DNA of 57,272 nt from a virus. Taxonomy: Duplodnaviria > Caudoviricetes. The notes beneath the pieces are model-generated. The model searched no databases, was not told where the DNA came from, and was given only the letters and a program-made list of their open reading frames with translations. The position numbers and the translations under genes are program-made. Shown here piece by piece: positions 9,801-20,086 of the stretch. Position 1 is the first letter of the stretch. The number at the start of each line of letters is the position of its first letter. The stretch is from positions 1-57,272 of the IMG/VR virus record IMGVR_UViG_3300030372_004705; one strand, 5' to 3'.

Positions 9801-10969
9801 TTTCACTAAGTGAAAATGATCATGACTGGAATGGCATGATAAGAGTGGCAGCAAGAAAAAAAGGAGCTTATTATAATATTGTGCCTCAAGATATTGATAG
9901 TACAATTGATGCAATATATGCTAACTCAAATGATGGTAGTTGGCCCACATATGGTAGTCCTGTTGATTCAGGTAAAATGGGATTAGTGTTTTCTTCTTCT
10001 GCAACTGAACATGCTTCTGCAGGAAGTATTAATGGTGTTCAAGGTAATATAAGTAAAATTAAAGATAGCAATGTATCAAGTTTTTATACTGCTGGGTCTG
10101 ATGCTAGTGGTGGTGTTTATAAGATTACTCCTAATAGATCTTCCCAAAGAGAGAAAAATGTCGACTATACATTTACATTATCATATGAACAAAATAATGA
10201 AATACATAATATGCAATTTATATATACTACTGGAGTAAATTATTGGGCAGGCGATAATAACACATCGTATACTTATTTAGATGATTGTGATAGTAGTACT
10301 AGTGACAACAATACTAACGATGCTGTAGTATCAAATTTTGCTCAAGCATTAACAGATCAAAAGATTTTAGGTAGTGATGGATTTAATACTAATGTAAGTT
10401 TAATAAATTATGCTGATATAACAACAGGTGGAAGTTCTGGTTCTAAATATATTCAAATTACTTTACGTACAGGAGATGATATAGTGTTAGAAAAAGATTC
10501 GTTTTCTGCATCTTTCTCGGTCAGAACATCTACATTACATGGTGATTTAATGATATGGAATAATGAAGCACGTGTTGATACTAATAATGATTTTGTCAAT
10601 GTTGGTATGAATGGAAATGTTTCACTAGAAACTAAAGATATTGATTTCGGTCAACCAAATATTAGAAAAAAAGTTTATAAAGCTTATATTACTTATACAG
10701 GAGGAAACGATAAAATAAAATGTTATTATCAAGCAAATCAATCGGGATCATGGACTGCAGCAGAAGTATTAGACGCAAATGGAAATGCATCATCTGTTGA
10801 CAATTGCTTACCTTCATCAACAACACAAACTAGAGCCGAATTAAAATTTGGTACAGGTGGAAATAATGTATATTCATTTGCATTATATTTTGAATCTACA
10901 TCTAAGATTACTTCAGAATTTGAAATTAATGATATTAGTCTTATTTATAGAATGAAAACTCCAAAATAA
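6848..10969 (+). CDS. Tail nozzle / tail tubular-like protein (P22 gp10 / T7 gp12 positional analogue)
   Basis: N-terminal DFSGGLN, propeller-like central region, C-terminal ETKDIDFGQPNIRKKVYK; 1373 aa in tail module. Confidence 0.7.
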   Translation: MPKESLNINDFSGGLNKIVDKRDLQENEIPRMNNFIAHDPGSLKVGGFFTSSSTYNTGFGFSFNDNPNTNQITAIKPNQPFIKFGRGTATISGNFVTLTLGDTSLSFPSAVFPFRAGQQITLYNIYNATNDAADGHNLAQYLEGNTYTISDINPGIIKFYIEKNPSGNNWTWSGTPTWRFVIGAKLGSTSAGLTRDSIIPTTGIHNYVLTHNGHGIFGYYDLNNQAFVGGLSKTLDLDNKDQSYFDTRYLWRLDNRNKHLNGAETSLNATDGLISTGEVFYMDGVARVQEDPPTVFERGVHRRPMGLYYIEGHRKFGTNGPYYHSGWYPELQHCLSPIQTGFEQETVDSNSTTAQDVFQDAGGELHNTALVESDANDKPSNAHKVFVSVSKSNSPGDWQFASGQKHASLRIGISFIYDEITHKDVGTFAQESSIAYVTTSGATKYPTTGTAGTDLVAISSGANDKALDLKISVNYGEMQESELTTQFSNSQKEAIPENRGSNLNSGYNNNRAWNPRIVGVNVYLAGDYEETFESPYWLATFSFSDNETGGHFGHDGSFGQGWTEAEDQTWAVATINNIAAVPVMDYRTKNGYNHNEPINMWYKTSAIVNRKLYAGNISYFKHADPHYLDTVVSSNNTTFKDYPITNEPDKIITSPDANKFDVLPLSSSLQIAKNDGQDIVKLLNFNNELLVFKTNDLVVIDCSGEDEIIKDTFTGKGVSTQGAIVESGSAIYFINRSGLYSYDGQTITDLSISKFKSSDWEKYVYSYNTRLLYDPQYNLILIGTSYNEAYNNTGNKAFNEYTETSSQVYIYNINNQSFMYKDNIQGVHTSGNGFLSNGLNINSTLYAGISYNDIYYGDSAIIDETTFVAGQAAKYTAFYYTVDTGDGDAGTQMNYSGAGTETGYLRDNMGYIKVYQQGSSKWVLLNKNGALLPSEDQVDVSEYGSAGSPGAAMNYNAVLDHITENCNADPNSDYVVEAFRSMFDFSLSENDHDWNGMIRVAARKKGAYYNIVPQDIDSTIDAIYANSNDGSWPTYGSPVDSGKMGLVFSSSATEHASAGSINGVQGNISKIKDSNVSSFYTAGSDASGGVYKITPNRSSQREKNVDYTFTLSYEQNNEIHNMQFIYTTGVNYWAGDNNTSYTYLDDCDSSTSDNNTNDAVVSNFAQALTDQKILGSDGFNTNVSLINYADITTGGSSGSKYIQITLRTGDDIVLEKDSFSASFSVRTSTLHGDLMIWNNEARVDTNNDFVNVGMNGNVSLETKDIDFGQPNIRKKVYKAYITYTGGNDKIKCYYQANQSGSWTAAEVLDANGNASSVDNCLPSSTTQTRAELKFGTGGNNVYSFALYFESTSKITSEFEINDISLIYRMKTPK

Positions 10970-12459
10970 TGGCTAGAAATCCACATAATCTAATTAGGAA
11001 AAAACCTAAAATAGGACTTCCAAGTCCAAGTGAAGGATTAGATGGAGATATATCGTTTAATATTAGTTCAACGGGTATTGGATTATATGGTAAAATAAAT
11101 AGTAGGTGGTATAAATTTGGACATGCACATGATGTGTCTAGTCGTGGCAAAGTAAATAAAAAAAGAAGCCTATTAAAAGAAAATTTAGCTGTAAATGAAT
11201 TAGACGTTGATAGAACTGTAAATATAGGTAAAACAGCTATAACTACCAATACTAATAGAGTTTTTTCTACATCTAGTTCTGATACTGACTATCTTTATAT
11301 TTCATCAAGAGTATTTGATGTTATATCAAGTTCTGATACCAGTAAAATATATATTGGAGATATTGATTTGCAACCTACTTGGGGAACAACTGGCGCTACA
11401 ATATCTGTAGCTAGTGCTGATAATTCATCATCTTTGCATTTAAAAATATTAGGAGCTGGAAGTACTGCTGGATCTCATGCTGGTTCGAATTTATATTTAG
11501 CTCCAGGAGGTTCAGCAGGAGGAAATAATGGCTCTCTATATTTAGGTCATAATGGTACGAGTGTTGTAAGTCCTTATACTACAAATATATATGGGAGTAC
11601 CATTACATTAGATTGTTCAGGAGATATTGAATTAAATGCTGATGGTGGTGATATAACTTTTAAAGATGATTCAGCAAGTTTAGCTTCTTTAAGTAGCAGT
11701 GGATTAACAATTAATAATATATCAGCAATAGGAAGTGATACAGATAAATTCTTAATGTCAGATAGTGGTGTTGTTAAATATGTTACAGGTGCTAACTTAA
11801 GAAGTTATATTGGAGCAGGGACTAGTAGCGTGACCTTATCTGGATCTACAGATAATACTATTGCTACAGTAACAGGTGCAAATGCACTAGCTGGAGAAGC
11901 AAATCTAACTTTTGATGGAACTGATTTATCTATTGCTTCCACAGGAAAAGTAATATTTGGTGGTGGAGATAGCTATATACTTGAATCATCTGCTGATGTT
12001 TTAGATTTATATGCTGGGGGATCTTTAATGTTGCGATTAACAGAAGAGACTGGCGTTGGTAATAAAATTGATTGCACTACTAATCCTGTTGGATTTACTC
12101 AATTTGAACCTACTTATAATGTGACTAATACTATAGTTTCTTTTCATACATATGGTAATAAAGGATTTGTAACTTTTGGTAGTGGTAATATTACAAATAT
12201 GAAATTATACTTTCCTAGTATGTCTGGTAATTTTGTATTATTAGTAAAACAAGACGGAAGTGGAAGCAGAACAGTAACTAATTGGTTAGCTTATGATAAT
12301 GGAGGTTCTGCAGCAGCAGGAAGTTCTACTGTCAAATTTCCTGGTGGTAGTAATCCAACGCTTACAACAGCTGCGAATCATGTTGATATAATTAGTATTT
12401 ACTGGGATGCAGATAATGAAATAGCTTATGGTGTAGCAAGTCTAGATTTCCAAGACTAA
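10969..12459 (+). CDS. Tail fibre protein
   Basis: Gly/Ser/Thr-rich beta repeats; C-terminal LLVKQDGSGSRTVT...PTLTTAANHVDIISIYWD fibre-tip-like domain. Confidence 0.7.
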   Translation: MARNPHNLIRKKPKIGLPSPSEGLDGDISFNISSTGIGLYGKINSRWYKFGHAHDVSSRGKVNKKRSLLKENLAVNELDVDRTVNIGKTAITTNTNRVFSTSSSDTDYLYISSRVFDVISSSDTSKIYIGDIDLQPTWGTTGATISVASADNSSSLHLKILGAGSTAGSHAGSNLYLAPGGSAGGNNGSLYLGHNGTSVVSPYTTNIYGSTITLDCSGDIELNADGGDITFKDDSASLASLSSSGLTINNISAIGSDTDKFLMSDSGVVKYVTGANLRSYIGAGTSSVTLSGSTDNTIATVTGANALAGEANLTFDGTDLSIASTGKVIFGGGDSYILESSADVLDLYAGGSLMLRLTEETGVGNKIDCTTNPVGFTQFEPTYNVTNTIVSFHTYGNKGFVTFGSGNITNMKLYFPSMSGNFVLLVKQDGSGSRTVTNWLAYDNGGSAAAGSSTVKFPGGSNPTLTTAANHVDIISIYWDADNEIAYGVASLDFQD

Positions 12460-14513
12460 TGAATAAGGCAATTAATAGAACAACAGTACAAGTAGAGAAT
12501 AATAAGTATAAAGTATATCCAAAAGCAGCGCCATTATTTTATAAAAAATCAGATGGCTCTTATGGGGATATAGACCATACATTTAATGACACCACATCAT
12601 CAATAGGCGATATATCTTTAATGGATAAAGGTGTTGTTAGTGTAGGCAAAAGAAAAGGTAACAATCCACACAAAGTAGTTGGTATAAGACCTGATAATAA
12701 TCAACACTTAGGAACACAGCAATTAGAGTTTAGTTTAGTTAATGTAGAACTTGATGGGGAATCTCAAGATTTTAATGTGGAAAATGATTTAGAAATAATG
12801 TTAAGAGCATCTAAAGTATATCAATTAGTTAAAATAAATAAAGATTTTAATAACTTTAAAATTGAATTTGATATACATTCTAAAGGACTAGAGTTGCAAA
12901 ATACAAAATATACTGAAGCCACTACCATTAGAGATTATGGCTTTAATTTGACTGATTTAGGCGAAAATACAGGAAATAGCATCATAGGTAACCATACAAA
13001 TTATAACGCCTTAAATAAAGACATTCCTTTTATAGATTGTTTAGTTGGAAAAATAACTGATGATTATATTACAGTTGGAGAGTATACAAACGAAGAAGAA
13101 TTCGGAGATTCTGATTTAAGTTCTTATATATTAAACGATAATTTTTATCCTAATGGTAGTTCGGTTTACTATAAGGATTCTATTGTGCTGTATTGCAAAT
13201 CATATAATATTGAAAACATTGAAGATGTTTTTGTGTCAAAAATGTGTAAAGAGTATGGTTTAGAAACTATATGGGAAGATAATAAAAATGGTAAATATTT
13301 TACTAAAAATGATAAGAAGGTAGCAGGTTACTATTCTGTTGGTAATGATTTCTTTATGTTTATCAATACTAAAGATATTGAAAGCGATATTAAAGATTTA
13401 TTCAAAAGAAAAACATTTGAAAGTACATCTTATTTAGACATTACATTAGATAGCTTTAAAAATACTTTAAACAACTTATTTGATGTTAATTTAAATATAC
13501 AATTAGATGAAGAATATTACGAGCCTATTGATAATAAATTTATTTTTAATATAAGTAAAGAAACTATGCATATAGGATTGCCTATATTGTTTGATAAGGA
13601 TTATAATGGGATAAATGTTAACACTACGCATAGTTTAAAAGATAATGAAGATGGTAGTTATAGGTATACTAAATATTTTTCTACAGAAGGTTATCTATCT
13701 AATTTCCAAAATATAAAATATATAGATGCTACTTTATATGTTAGTGATAGTAATGATAATGCTCCATTTTACAGAATTCCAGTTTCGGGAGGGTTATCAG
13801 TTCCTGCAAAGTCATCATTAAATCTTTCTATCACAAGAAATGCTTCAACAGGAACATCAATTTGGTCAGGTACAAGTGTAGGTAATGGTATGCCTGTTTG
13901 TGGAGATTCAGGCGATAAGAGTACAGGGCAAAGCACTACTTATTCTTGGGTAGCTTGTAGGCAACTTCATTATATATTTGACTCGTCAGGAGTTTCAGGA
14001 ACAGTTTCAGATTTAGATTGGGTATATCCAAAAGCAGCTTATGCAACCGTAGGTGGTTCTCATAATGATATAAGTGTTATAGTATTAAAATCAAATACAG
14101 AGGGTTCAAACCAAACAAGTAATTTTAATGATTTTGTAGGACATACTTCAAGTTGGGATTCAGATGATGTAACTGAATACTCAGCAGAGTATGTTGTAGA
14201 TGGATATGAAGAAACAGACAATTCTTCGTATAGTAATTTAGCTAGTTATGCGACAGAAACAATTCCCCTAAATTCAGGTGCTAAATCTGATATATCAAGT
14301 GATAGTACATTTAAAATTGCACTAATAGACTATGACCAATATTATAGCAATAGTGTAGATACAAGTTATGGGGCTGTTGCAGATGGTCGTAGAATGTTAT
14401 ATGGAGGACATGTTGATGCTTCTACTACTGCTTATAGACCTTATTTAGAATATACAACAGATGCAGAGGAAGCTGTTACTTATAATGCAAATTTCTTTGG
14501 TGCAAATTTTTAA
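12459..14513 (+). CDS. Putative virion/tail-associated protein
   Basis: 684 aa coupled to fibre gene; beta-sandwich-like C-terminus (FDSSG..., RPYLEYT). Confidence 0.55.
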   Translation: MNKAINRTTVQVENNKYKVYPKAAPLFYKKSDGSYGDIDHTFNDTTSSIGDISLMDKGVVSVGKRKGNNPHKVVGIRPDNNQHLGTQQLEFSLVNVELDGESQDFNVENDLEIMLRASKVYQLVKINKDFNNFKIEFDIHSKGLELQNTKYTEATTIRDYGFNLTDLGENTGNSIIGNHTNYNALNKDIPFIDCLVGKITDDYITVGEYTNEEEFGDSDLSSYILNDNFYPNGSSVYYKDSIVLYCKSYNIENIEDVFVSKMCKEYGLETIWEDNKNGKYFTKNDKKVAGYYSVGNDFFMFINTKDIESDIKDLFKRKTFESTSYLDITLDSFKNTLNNLFDVNLNIQLDEEYYEPIDNKFIFNISKETMHIGLPILFDKDYNGINVNTTHSLKDNEDGSYRYTKYFSTEGYLSNFQNIKYIDATLYVSDSNDNAPFYRIPVSGGLSVPAKSSLNLSITRNASTGTSIWSGTSVGNGMPVCGDSGDKSTGQSTTYSWVACRQLHYIFDSSGVSGTVSDLDWVYPKAAYATVGGSHNDISVIVLKSNTEGSNQTSNFNDFVGHTSSWDSDDVTEYSAEYVVDGYEETDNSSYSNLASYATETIPLNSGAKSDISSDSTFKIALIDYDQYYSNSVDTSYGAVADGRRMLYGGHVDASTTAYRPYLEYTTDAEEAVTYNANFFGANF

Positions 14514-14536
14514 TCTCAAAAATTAAGTAATAATAG

Positions 14537-14565
14537 TTGTTTTTATAAAGATGTGTTTTTATATT
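14537..14565 (+). promoter_or_regulatory. Sigma70-like promoter upstream of the ejection-protein module
   Basis: TTGTTT-N17-TATATT in an intergenic gap. Confidence 0.5.
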
Positions 14566-14589
14566 ACTAAGAGAAAAGGAGGATAAATA

Positions 14590-16596
14590 TTGTCTTTTGA
14601 AATTAACATACTGTCAGAGCTATTATTAAGTATGCCATTTTTTATTGGATATACAAGACCATCTTATAAGGATTCAACTGCTAAAAGACAAGCTGTATTA
14701 AGAGGTCATTTATATCAAGAACAGCTTAAAGAACAACGTGAATGGGAAAAATATCAAGAGCAAGCACGGGCCGAGGAAGAGAAAGGTCTGTTTGCATCTT
14801 TTGCTGGAGCATTAGTGGGTTCTGTTGTTGGATTTTTTACTGGAGGTCCTGGAGGCGCTAAAATAGGATGGAATGCAGGTAAAGGAATAGGGACTATTAT
14901 GAGAAAAAATGACCCTGAATACTTTGATGCTCCAGAGTGGTTATCTGAAAATAAAACATTAAAAGGTGGAAAATTTAATCGTGGCTTAGATAGAGCTAAC
15001 TGGAGAAAAGCTATTAATGAATCTGAAGATATGGAAGATATGGCACAATTAGGAACATTAATGAATTTCGGAAAAGCAGCTTTTGTAGGATTTACAACTG
15101 ATTGGTCTAAATTCGATAAAAATGCATGGAAGGAATTAACCTTTAGTGAAAAATGGAATGAATTAATGGAGTCTTTCAAAAGTGAGAAAATAGAAGATTT
15201 TAAAAAAGCTAGAGAGAATGCTCGTGCACAAAGAATGGAAAATAGAGTAAAAAAATTAAGAGAAATGGCAAGTGCAGAAACATTAGATACACTTGATGAT
15301 GCTACAAGATTAGCAGATATAGCTGCTGTAGATGAATCATTGGGATGGCCTGATATAACAGGAGGTGGAACATCTCCGCAAGATTTAAGTAGTATCGAGA
15401 TCGAGAAAAAAGTTGATGCAGAAGTTAAAAAAATTACAGAGGCAGTTCGTGAAGACCCTTCAATTGTTATCCCTCAATTAAATGATTATAATTATGATCC
15501 AAATACAGGTACTGCTACTAAAATAAATGTTCCAGAGCAAAAAATTACTAACCTTACTGCAAAAGGTAATAAATTAGAACCATTTAAAGATTATAAACCT
15601 TTTGATAAGGAATGGAGAAAGAAAAAAGGTAAATATGAATATAAGAAAATGTGGGAAAAAATAAAGGGTGCAGGAAAGCAAATGGGAAGTATATCTAAAG
15701 CAACTGGTCAAAAAATTGGAAGTATTTCTAAAGATGCTATAAATAAAATAAGAAGCTGGAAACCTTTTGAAGAAACACAGCCTATTAGAAGTGCAATAGG
15801 TGCGCTTAAGGAGGCAAAACCTTTTGAAAATTTAGTTGACAATTTAAGAGACTTAGATTGGCGTCCATTTGATTATGATTGGAGAGTGGAAAAAAATAAA
15901 ACTTTATTTAGAGATTTTTCACCTTTTGAAGATTATAGTCCATTTTCACAATCATGGAGAAGAGAAAATGATAAATTTATATTTGAAGATTGGTGGAAAA
16001 ATAGAAAAGTAAAACCTTTTCAGAAATTAGGAGCAAAAATCAGTAACTGGACTCCTGGCGAAGGTATGAAAGCAAGATTTAAAAAATACAATCGTCCTGG
16101 ATATATAAATAGTTATCCTGCTTCTGGTACACAAACACCAGAAGTTGATCAAAAATTAATAGAAAGTTTAGCTGGTATTCAAGGCGAAGTTGAAGAAGCT
16201 ACAACTCAACCAGGAACTGGATATAATCCAGAAGTTTATGCTGATAGAAATATTGAATTAACTGAAGATGCATTATCTGCGTTAGATAATTTGCAAGATG
16301 GTAATAATGTTTTTGAAGGCAATATTGAACCAATTTCATCTGCATCAGAATTAGGAGAGTCATTTGATATAAGTGAAAATGTAAACGCTGCAAGGGGAAA
16401 AATTGCGCAGATAGAAAAATATATCGATGAATATGGCATTGATTCAGAAAATGCTAGAAGATATGGTATTCCTGAGCAATTTCAAGATTTATTTATACAG
16501 GTGGGAGAAGGAGAAAATTACGAAAGTTTATGGGAATTTGTTATTAAGCATATAGAAAAGGGAACTTTATCAGATTTATTAGAAGGAGGTATGTAA
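14590..16596 (+). CDS. Putative internal virion (ejection) protein with glycine-zipper segment and aromatic-x-PF repeats
   Basis: TTG start after AGGAGG; GALVGSVVGFFTGGPGGAKIGWNAG; first gene of a large helical-protein cluster. Confidence 0.6.
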   Translation: MSFEINILSELLLSMPFFIGYTRPSYKDSTAKRQAVLRGHLYQEQLKEQREWEKYQEQARAEEEKGLFASFAGALVGSVVGFFTGGPGGAKIGWNAGKGIGTIMRKNDPEYFDAPEWLSENKTLKGGKFNRGLDRANWRKAINESEDMEDMAQLGTLMNFGKAAFVGFTTDWSKFDKNAWKELTFSEKWNELMESFKSEKIEDFKKARENARAQRMENRVKKLREMASAETLDTLDDATRLADIAAVDESLGWPDITGGGTSPQDLSSIEIEKKVDAEVKKITEAVREDPSIVIPQLNDYNYDPNTGTATKINVPEQKITNLTAKGNKLEPFKDYKPFDKEWRKKKGKYEYKKMWEKIKGAGKQMGSISKATGQKIGSISKDAINKIRSWKPFEETQPIRSAIGALKEAKPFENLVDNLRDLDWRPFDYDWRVEKNKTLFRDFSPFEDYSPFSQSWRRENDKFIFEDWWKNRKVKPFQKLGAKISNWTPGEGMKARFKKYNRPGYINSYPASGTQTPEVDQKLIESLAGIQGEVEEATTQPGTGYNPEVYADRNIELTEDALSALDNLQDGNNVFEGNIEPISSASELGESFDISENVNAARGKIAQIEKYIDEYGIDSENARRYGIPEQFQDLFIQVGEGENYESLWEFVIKHIEKGTLSDLLEGGM

Positions 16597-17414
16597 TGCC
16601 ATCATCATACGAAATAGGAGAAGGATTTCACGATATACAATTGCAATTTGATGAAAACTGGGGGCATGATAATTATAATTATAATGAAGCTCAAAATTTT
16701 ACATCAGCATATGATGCTATATCAGATTATTGGGGTAATATATTTGGTGAATATATTGGCACTGAAGCAGCAGCTGTGAATCCTTTAACATCTTACTTTG
16801 TTAACCCTGAGTTTTGGGGTCCTCAAGTAAATTTAGATGAAGGGGAAGTATATAGAGCTCAAGAAATGGGTAATATTTCTCAAGATTTATTAGCTGGGAG
16901 TTATTCATCTGCAGTTAGACCGCAAGCGTCAAAAAGAATTGGATCAACTGGTTTTGCATCTAGTGGTATAAATTTTGGAACACAAGATTTGTATTCTCAG
17001 TTTTTAGATGATTCAGCTGAAATAAAACAAGAATCTGATGCTGCATTAGGCGATGTTTATGAAGGATATGGAAATATGGTAGAAGGAGTTATGGGTGGAT
17101 TAGTTTCTGCTGGAGGTTTTTCTGAGGACTTTGCTGGAGGAGAAGAAGGTGATCCATATGGTGATTTTGACGATAGTTATGATTGGAGTCAATATGGTTT
17201 TAGAGAAGATTTTTCAGGTGGATTAGAAGATTGTGTTCAAGCTGCGTTATCTACTGGTGTAGATACTAGTAATGCTAGGTTACCTGGTTGGGGTGATTTT
17301 GCAGGTATTCCTGATTACGCCCCTGGAACATCATATTATGGTAAATATACAGATGTGTCACCTAATGCCATGATGGATGCAGTAGATTATTGTAAAAGTA
17401 TAGGAGGAGTATAG
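16596..17414 (+). CDS. Acidic putative internal virion protein (paralog of next gene)
   Basis: Very D/E/G/Y rich; central helical segment aligns with 17417..18295. Confidence 0.55.
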   Translation: MPSSYEIGEGFHDIQLQFDENWGHDNYNYNEAQNFTSAYDAISDYWGNIFGEYIGTEAAAVNPLTSYFVNPEFWGPQVNLDEGEVYRAQEMGNISQDLLAGSYSSAVRPQASKRIGSTGFASSGINFGTQDLYSQFLDDSAEIKQESDAALGDVYEGYGNMVEGVMGGLVSAGGFSEDFAGGEEGDPYGDFDDSYDWSQYGFREDFSGGLEDCVQAALSTGVDTSNARLPGWGDFAGIPDYAPGTSYYGKYTDVSPNAMMDAVDYCKSIGGV

Positions 17415-17416
17415 TT

Positions 17417-18295
17417 ATGCCAAATTATGAAGTAGGTTCTGAATATTGGTACTATGATTTATATAATCAATTTTTATCTGGAGGGGATATGCAACCAGCA
17501 TTCACAGGCGAAGGTCTTCCTATTGGTGCTCCAGGTCTTCCCAGTGTACACGATTGGGCATCTGCTTCTGGTGATGACCCAAATGCTCATGTTGTAGGTT
17601 ATCAAGATGTTTCTGGAACTTTTGATATGCCAAATTGGGATCATGACCTTGTACCAGGTACTAATGCATGGTCATATCAATTTAATGATCCTGCATCTGG
17701 ATATGCAGGTGTAAGTGCAGAAATTTTTTCAGACAATAATCAATGGACTTCTCAGGGGCAACATATGCCCATATTATTTAATTTAGATCAATGGTTAGCA
17801 GATTGGGCTCATTATATGCCTCAATTAAATACTCAAGATATATCTGATGCAAAAACAATAGGAGCTGCTGCAAGATCAAAATCTATTTATGATACTATGC
17901 AATCATGGTTAAAAGAAAGGTCTTCAATAGACAGCTATTTAACTGGCAGTAATGAAAAATTGGATGCATTGTATGAGGCTTCATTAGCATCAGGTAGATT
18001 GTCTGATTTTAAAACTTCAGCAAATTTATATGATTTAGAAACAGGGTTTTTAGCAGAAGCTTATGGCGCTGCTGGAGACATTGCTGGTATGGGAGCGTTT
18101 GACTGGGGAAATGTAAATGAATCTGATTATTTTATAACAACATCAGATCCAGGAGGTAGTTCAAGTGGTGATGAAACCTCTGCATATTGTGATAATGTAT
18201 GTTTTGATATGTGTCAAGATCCTGATAATATGGATGATTGTAATGAATGTTTTAATTATTGCTTAAGTAGTGGTGATGCAGGAACATTTGGATAA
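17417..18295 (+). CDS. Acidic putative internal virion protein with 6-Cys C-terminal tail
   Basis: MPNYEVG vs MPSSYEIG starts; CDNVCFDMC...CNECFNYC. Confidence 0.55.
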   Translation: MPNYEVGSEYWYYDLYNQFLSGGDMQPAFTGEGLPIGAPGLPSVHDWASASGDDPNAHVVGYQDVSGTFDMPNWDHDLVPGTNAWSYQFNDPASGYAGVSAEIFSDNNQWTSQGQHMPILFNLDQWLADWAHYMPQLNTQDISDAKTIGAAARSKSIYDTMQSWLKERSSIDSYLTGSNEKLDALYEASLASGRLSDFKTSANLYDLETGFLAEAYGAAGDIAGMGAFDWGNVNESDYFITTSDPGGSSSGDETSAYCDNVCFDMCQDPDNMDDCNECFNYCLSSGDAGTFG

Positions 18296-18315
18296 ATTTT
18301 AAATAGGAGAAATAT

Positions 18316-20082
18316 ATGAGTGTAAAAAATCAATTAGCGTTACAAGCTTTACAATCTTTTGAAAATTTAATACGAGATAGTTTAGTTACTAGAGCGACAG
18401 AAGAATCGCGAAATGAGTTAGGATTAGCTAATTTTTTATTTCAAAATGAATATGCATTACAACAGAAAAATATTGAGAGGTTAAATGAATTAGGTATTGC
18501 ATTACCAGCAGAGGTTCGAACTGATAATTTTAAAACCTTTGCAGATAATGCAGGTAATAAAAATACAATGACTGCATTAGGGGAATTATATGCTGAAGCT
18601 GAATTAAATAATCAAGCATTAAATGAAAGTATAAATAAATACAGTCAAGGAGTTCAATTAGCTCAAAGATTAAAAAATCAAGGAGTTGCTAAGGGTTCTG
18701 CTACTCCATTAGATGTGGATTATTATCAATTTGATGAAGCAGAGATTAAAGGCTTAGAAGAAAAACATCCAGAATTATTAAATGATGCATATAGAAAGGG
18801 TTTTGAAGCTGGAAATACATCTTTAGAGGATGCTTTAACTAATATTGCCAAAACTCAACAAATATATGCTACTAATCAAGCTATATTCCAAAGAGATTAT
18901 GAATTTGCTACTACTAATCAAAAGCAATTATCTTATGAAACTGGATTAGATATTATGGTTAATAGTAGTGCTATGCTTGGGCAACCTTTACAAGCATTAA
19001 GGGGTGTTTTTGCAGCTCAAGATGCAGATCAACTAGAGCAAGGCAATGCAATGTTTACAGAAATAACTAATGCAATCAGAGAAAATGATAGTATTATTAA
19101 TATTCAAGACGAATTAATTTCTGCATTAACAGCATATGCTAGTGCTGATGGAGATCCAAGTGAATTTACTCGAATGGCAGCTGAAGCATATCGCTTAGCA
19201 AACTATCAAGCTGTTCAAGAAAATGCTTATATGAGAGCTAATAACGTTACTAGAGAAATTGCTAAATCAGAATTAATTAATATTAATGATGAATATGCGC
19301 GAAATATAACACTCTTAAATGAATATGGTAAAGCAGGTATTGTTGGTAATACTGACTTAATGTTAGATGCGTTTCAAATTATTGACATGGATGAACAAAT
19401 TAAAAATGCTGCTATATCCGAAGGCAGGAGAACTATGGAGCAGTTTAATTTACCTGATTTACCTAGTTATGAAGAGTTAAATGATGAATATAGTGTTACT
19501 GATGGAGTTGATTTAAATTTAGATGAATATTATCGTGCTAATGAGATTGCAGATAGATTAGGACAAACCGGAGATCCAGATTTAACTATAAATAATGATT
19601 TAATTAATTTATCTAATGATCTTAAAACTAGTGAAAAAACACAAGCTGTAGCATTTAGAAGGCTTAGTACGGCAGCAGATAAGCTTGAGGGTCTTCTAGG
19701 AGGTGGTGGCATAGGAGGTCTTGGCTTAATGGGATTCCCTCCCTCCAAGGAGTTTAGTTGGTTAACTGGGAGGGAAAGTACCCTTTCTTTAGAAGCTCGA
19801 GGAAGAGATGTTAGACATGGATTTTTCCCATCTCAACATTATGCTTTACCATCAAAAGATGAACTGTTAGATTTAAAGCGGCAAGTTGAATCTGGACTTG
19901 CTGAATTACAAGGAAGGGAATATGGTACTTTTGGTAAAGTGACTGGAAGACCAAGGAGAAATCTTAACTTGCAAAAGAGAGCACGAAAGATATGGAATGA
20001 ATATGTAGAAGCATACCGCGCAGCCTCAGAAGCAAGAGGTGAATTTTTAGTTATTGAAGAATTATTATTTCCAGGAGAATAA
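18316..20082 (+). CDS. Alpha-helical putative ejection protein
   Basis: AGGAG SD; 588 aa, helical composition; between tail genes and the giant protein. Confidence 0.55.
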   Translation: MSVKNQLALQALQSFENLIRDSLVTRATEESRNELGLANFLFQNEYALQQKNIERLNELGIALPAEVRTDNFKTFADNAGNKNTMTALGELYAEAELNNQALNESINKYSQGVQLAQRLKNQGVAKGSATPLDVDYYQFDEAEIKGLEEKHPELLNDAYRKGFEAGNTSLEDALTNIAKTQQIYATNQAIFQRDYEFATTNQKQLSYETGLDIMVNSSAMLGQPLQALRGVFAAQDADQLEQGNAMFTEITNAIRENDSIINIQDELISALTAYASADGDPSEFTRMAAEAYRLANYQAVQENAYMRANNVTREIAKSELININDEYARNITLLNEYGKAGIVGNTDLMLDAFQIIDMDEQIKNAAISEGRRTMEQFNLPDLPSYEELNDEYSVTDGVDLNLDEYYRANEIADRLGQTGDPDLTINNDLINLSNDLKTSEKTQAVAFRRLSTAADKLEGLLGGGGIGGLGLMGFPPSKEFSWLTGRESTLSLEARGRDVRHGFFPSQHYALPSKDELLDLKRQVESGLAELQGREYGTFGKVTGRPRRNLNLQKRARKIWNEYVEAYRAASEARGEFLVIEELLFPGE

Positions 20083-20086
20083 ATAA

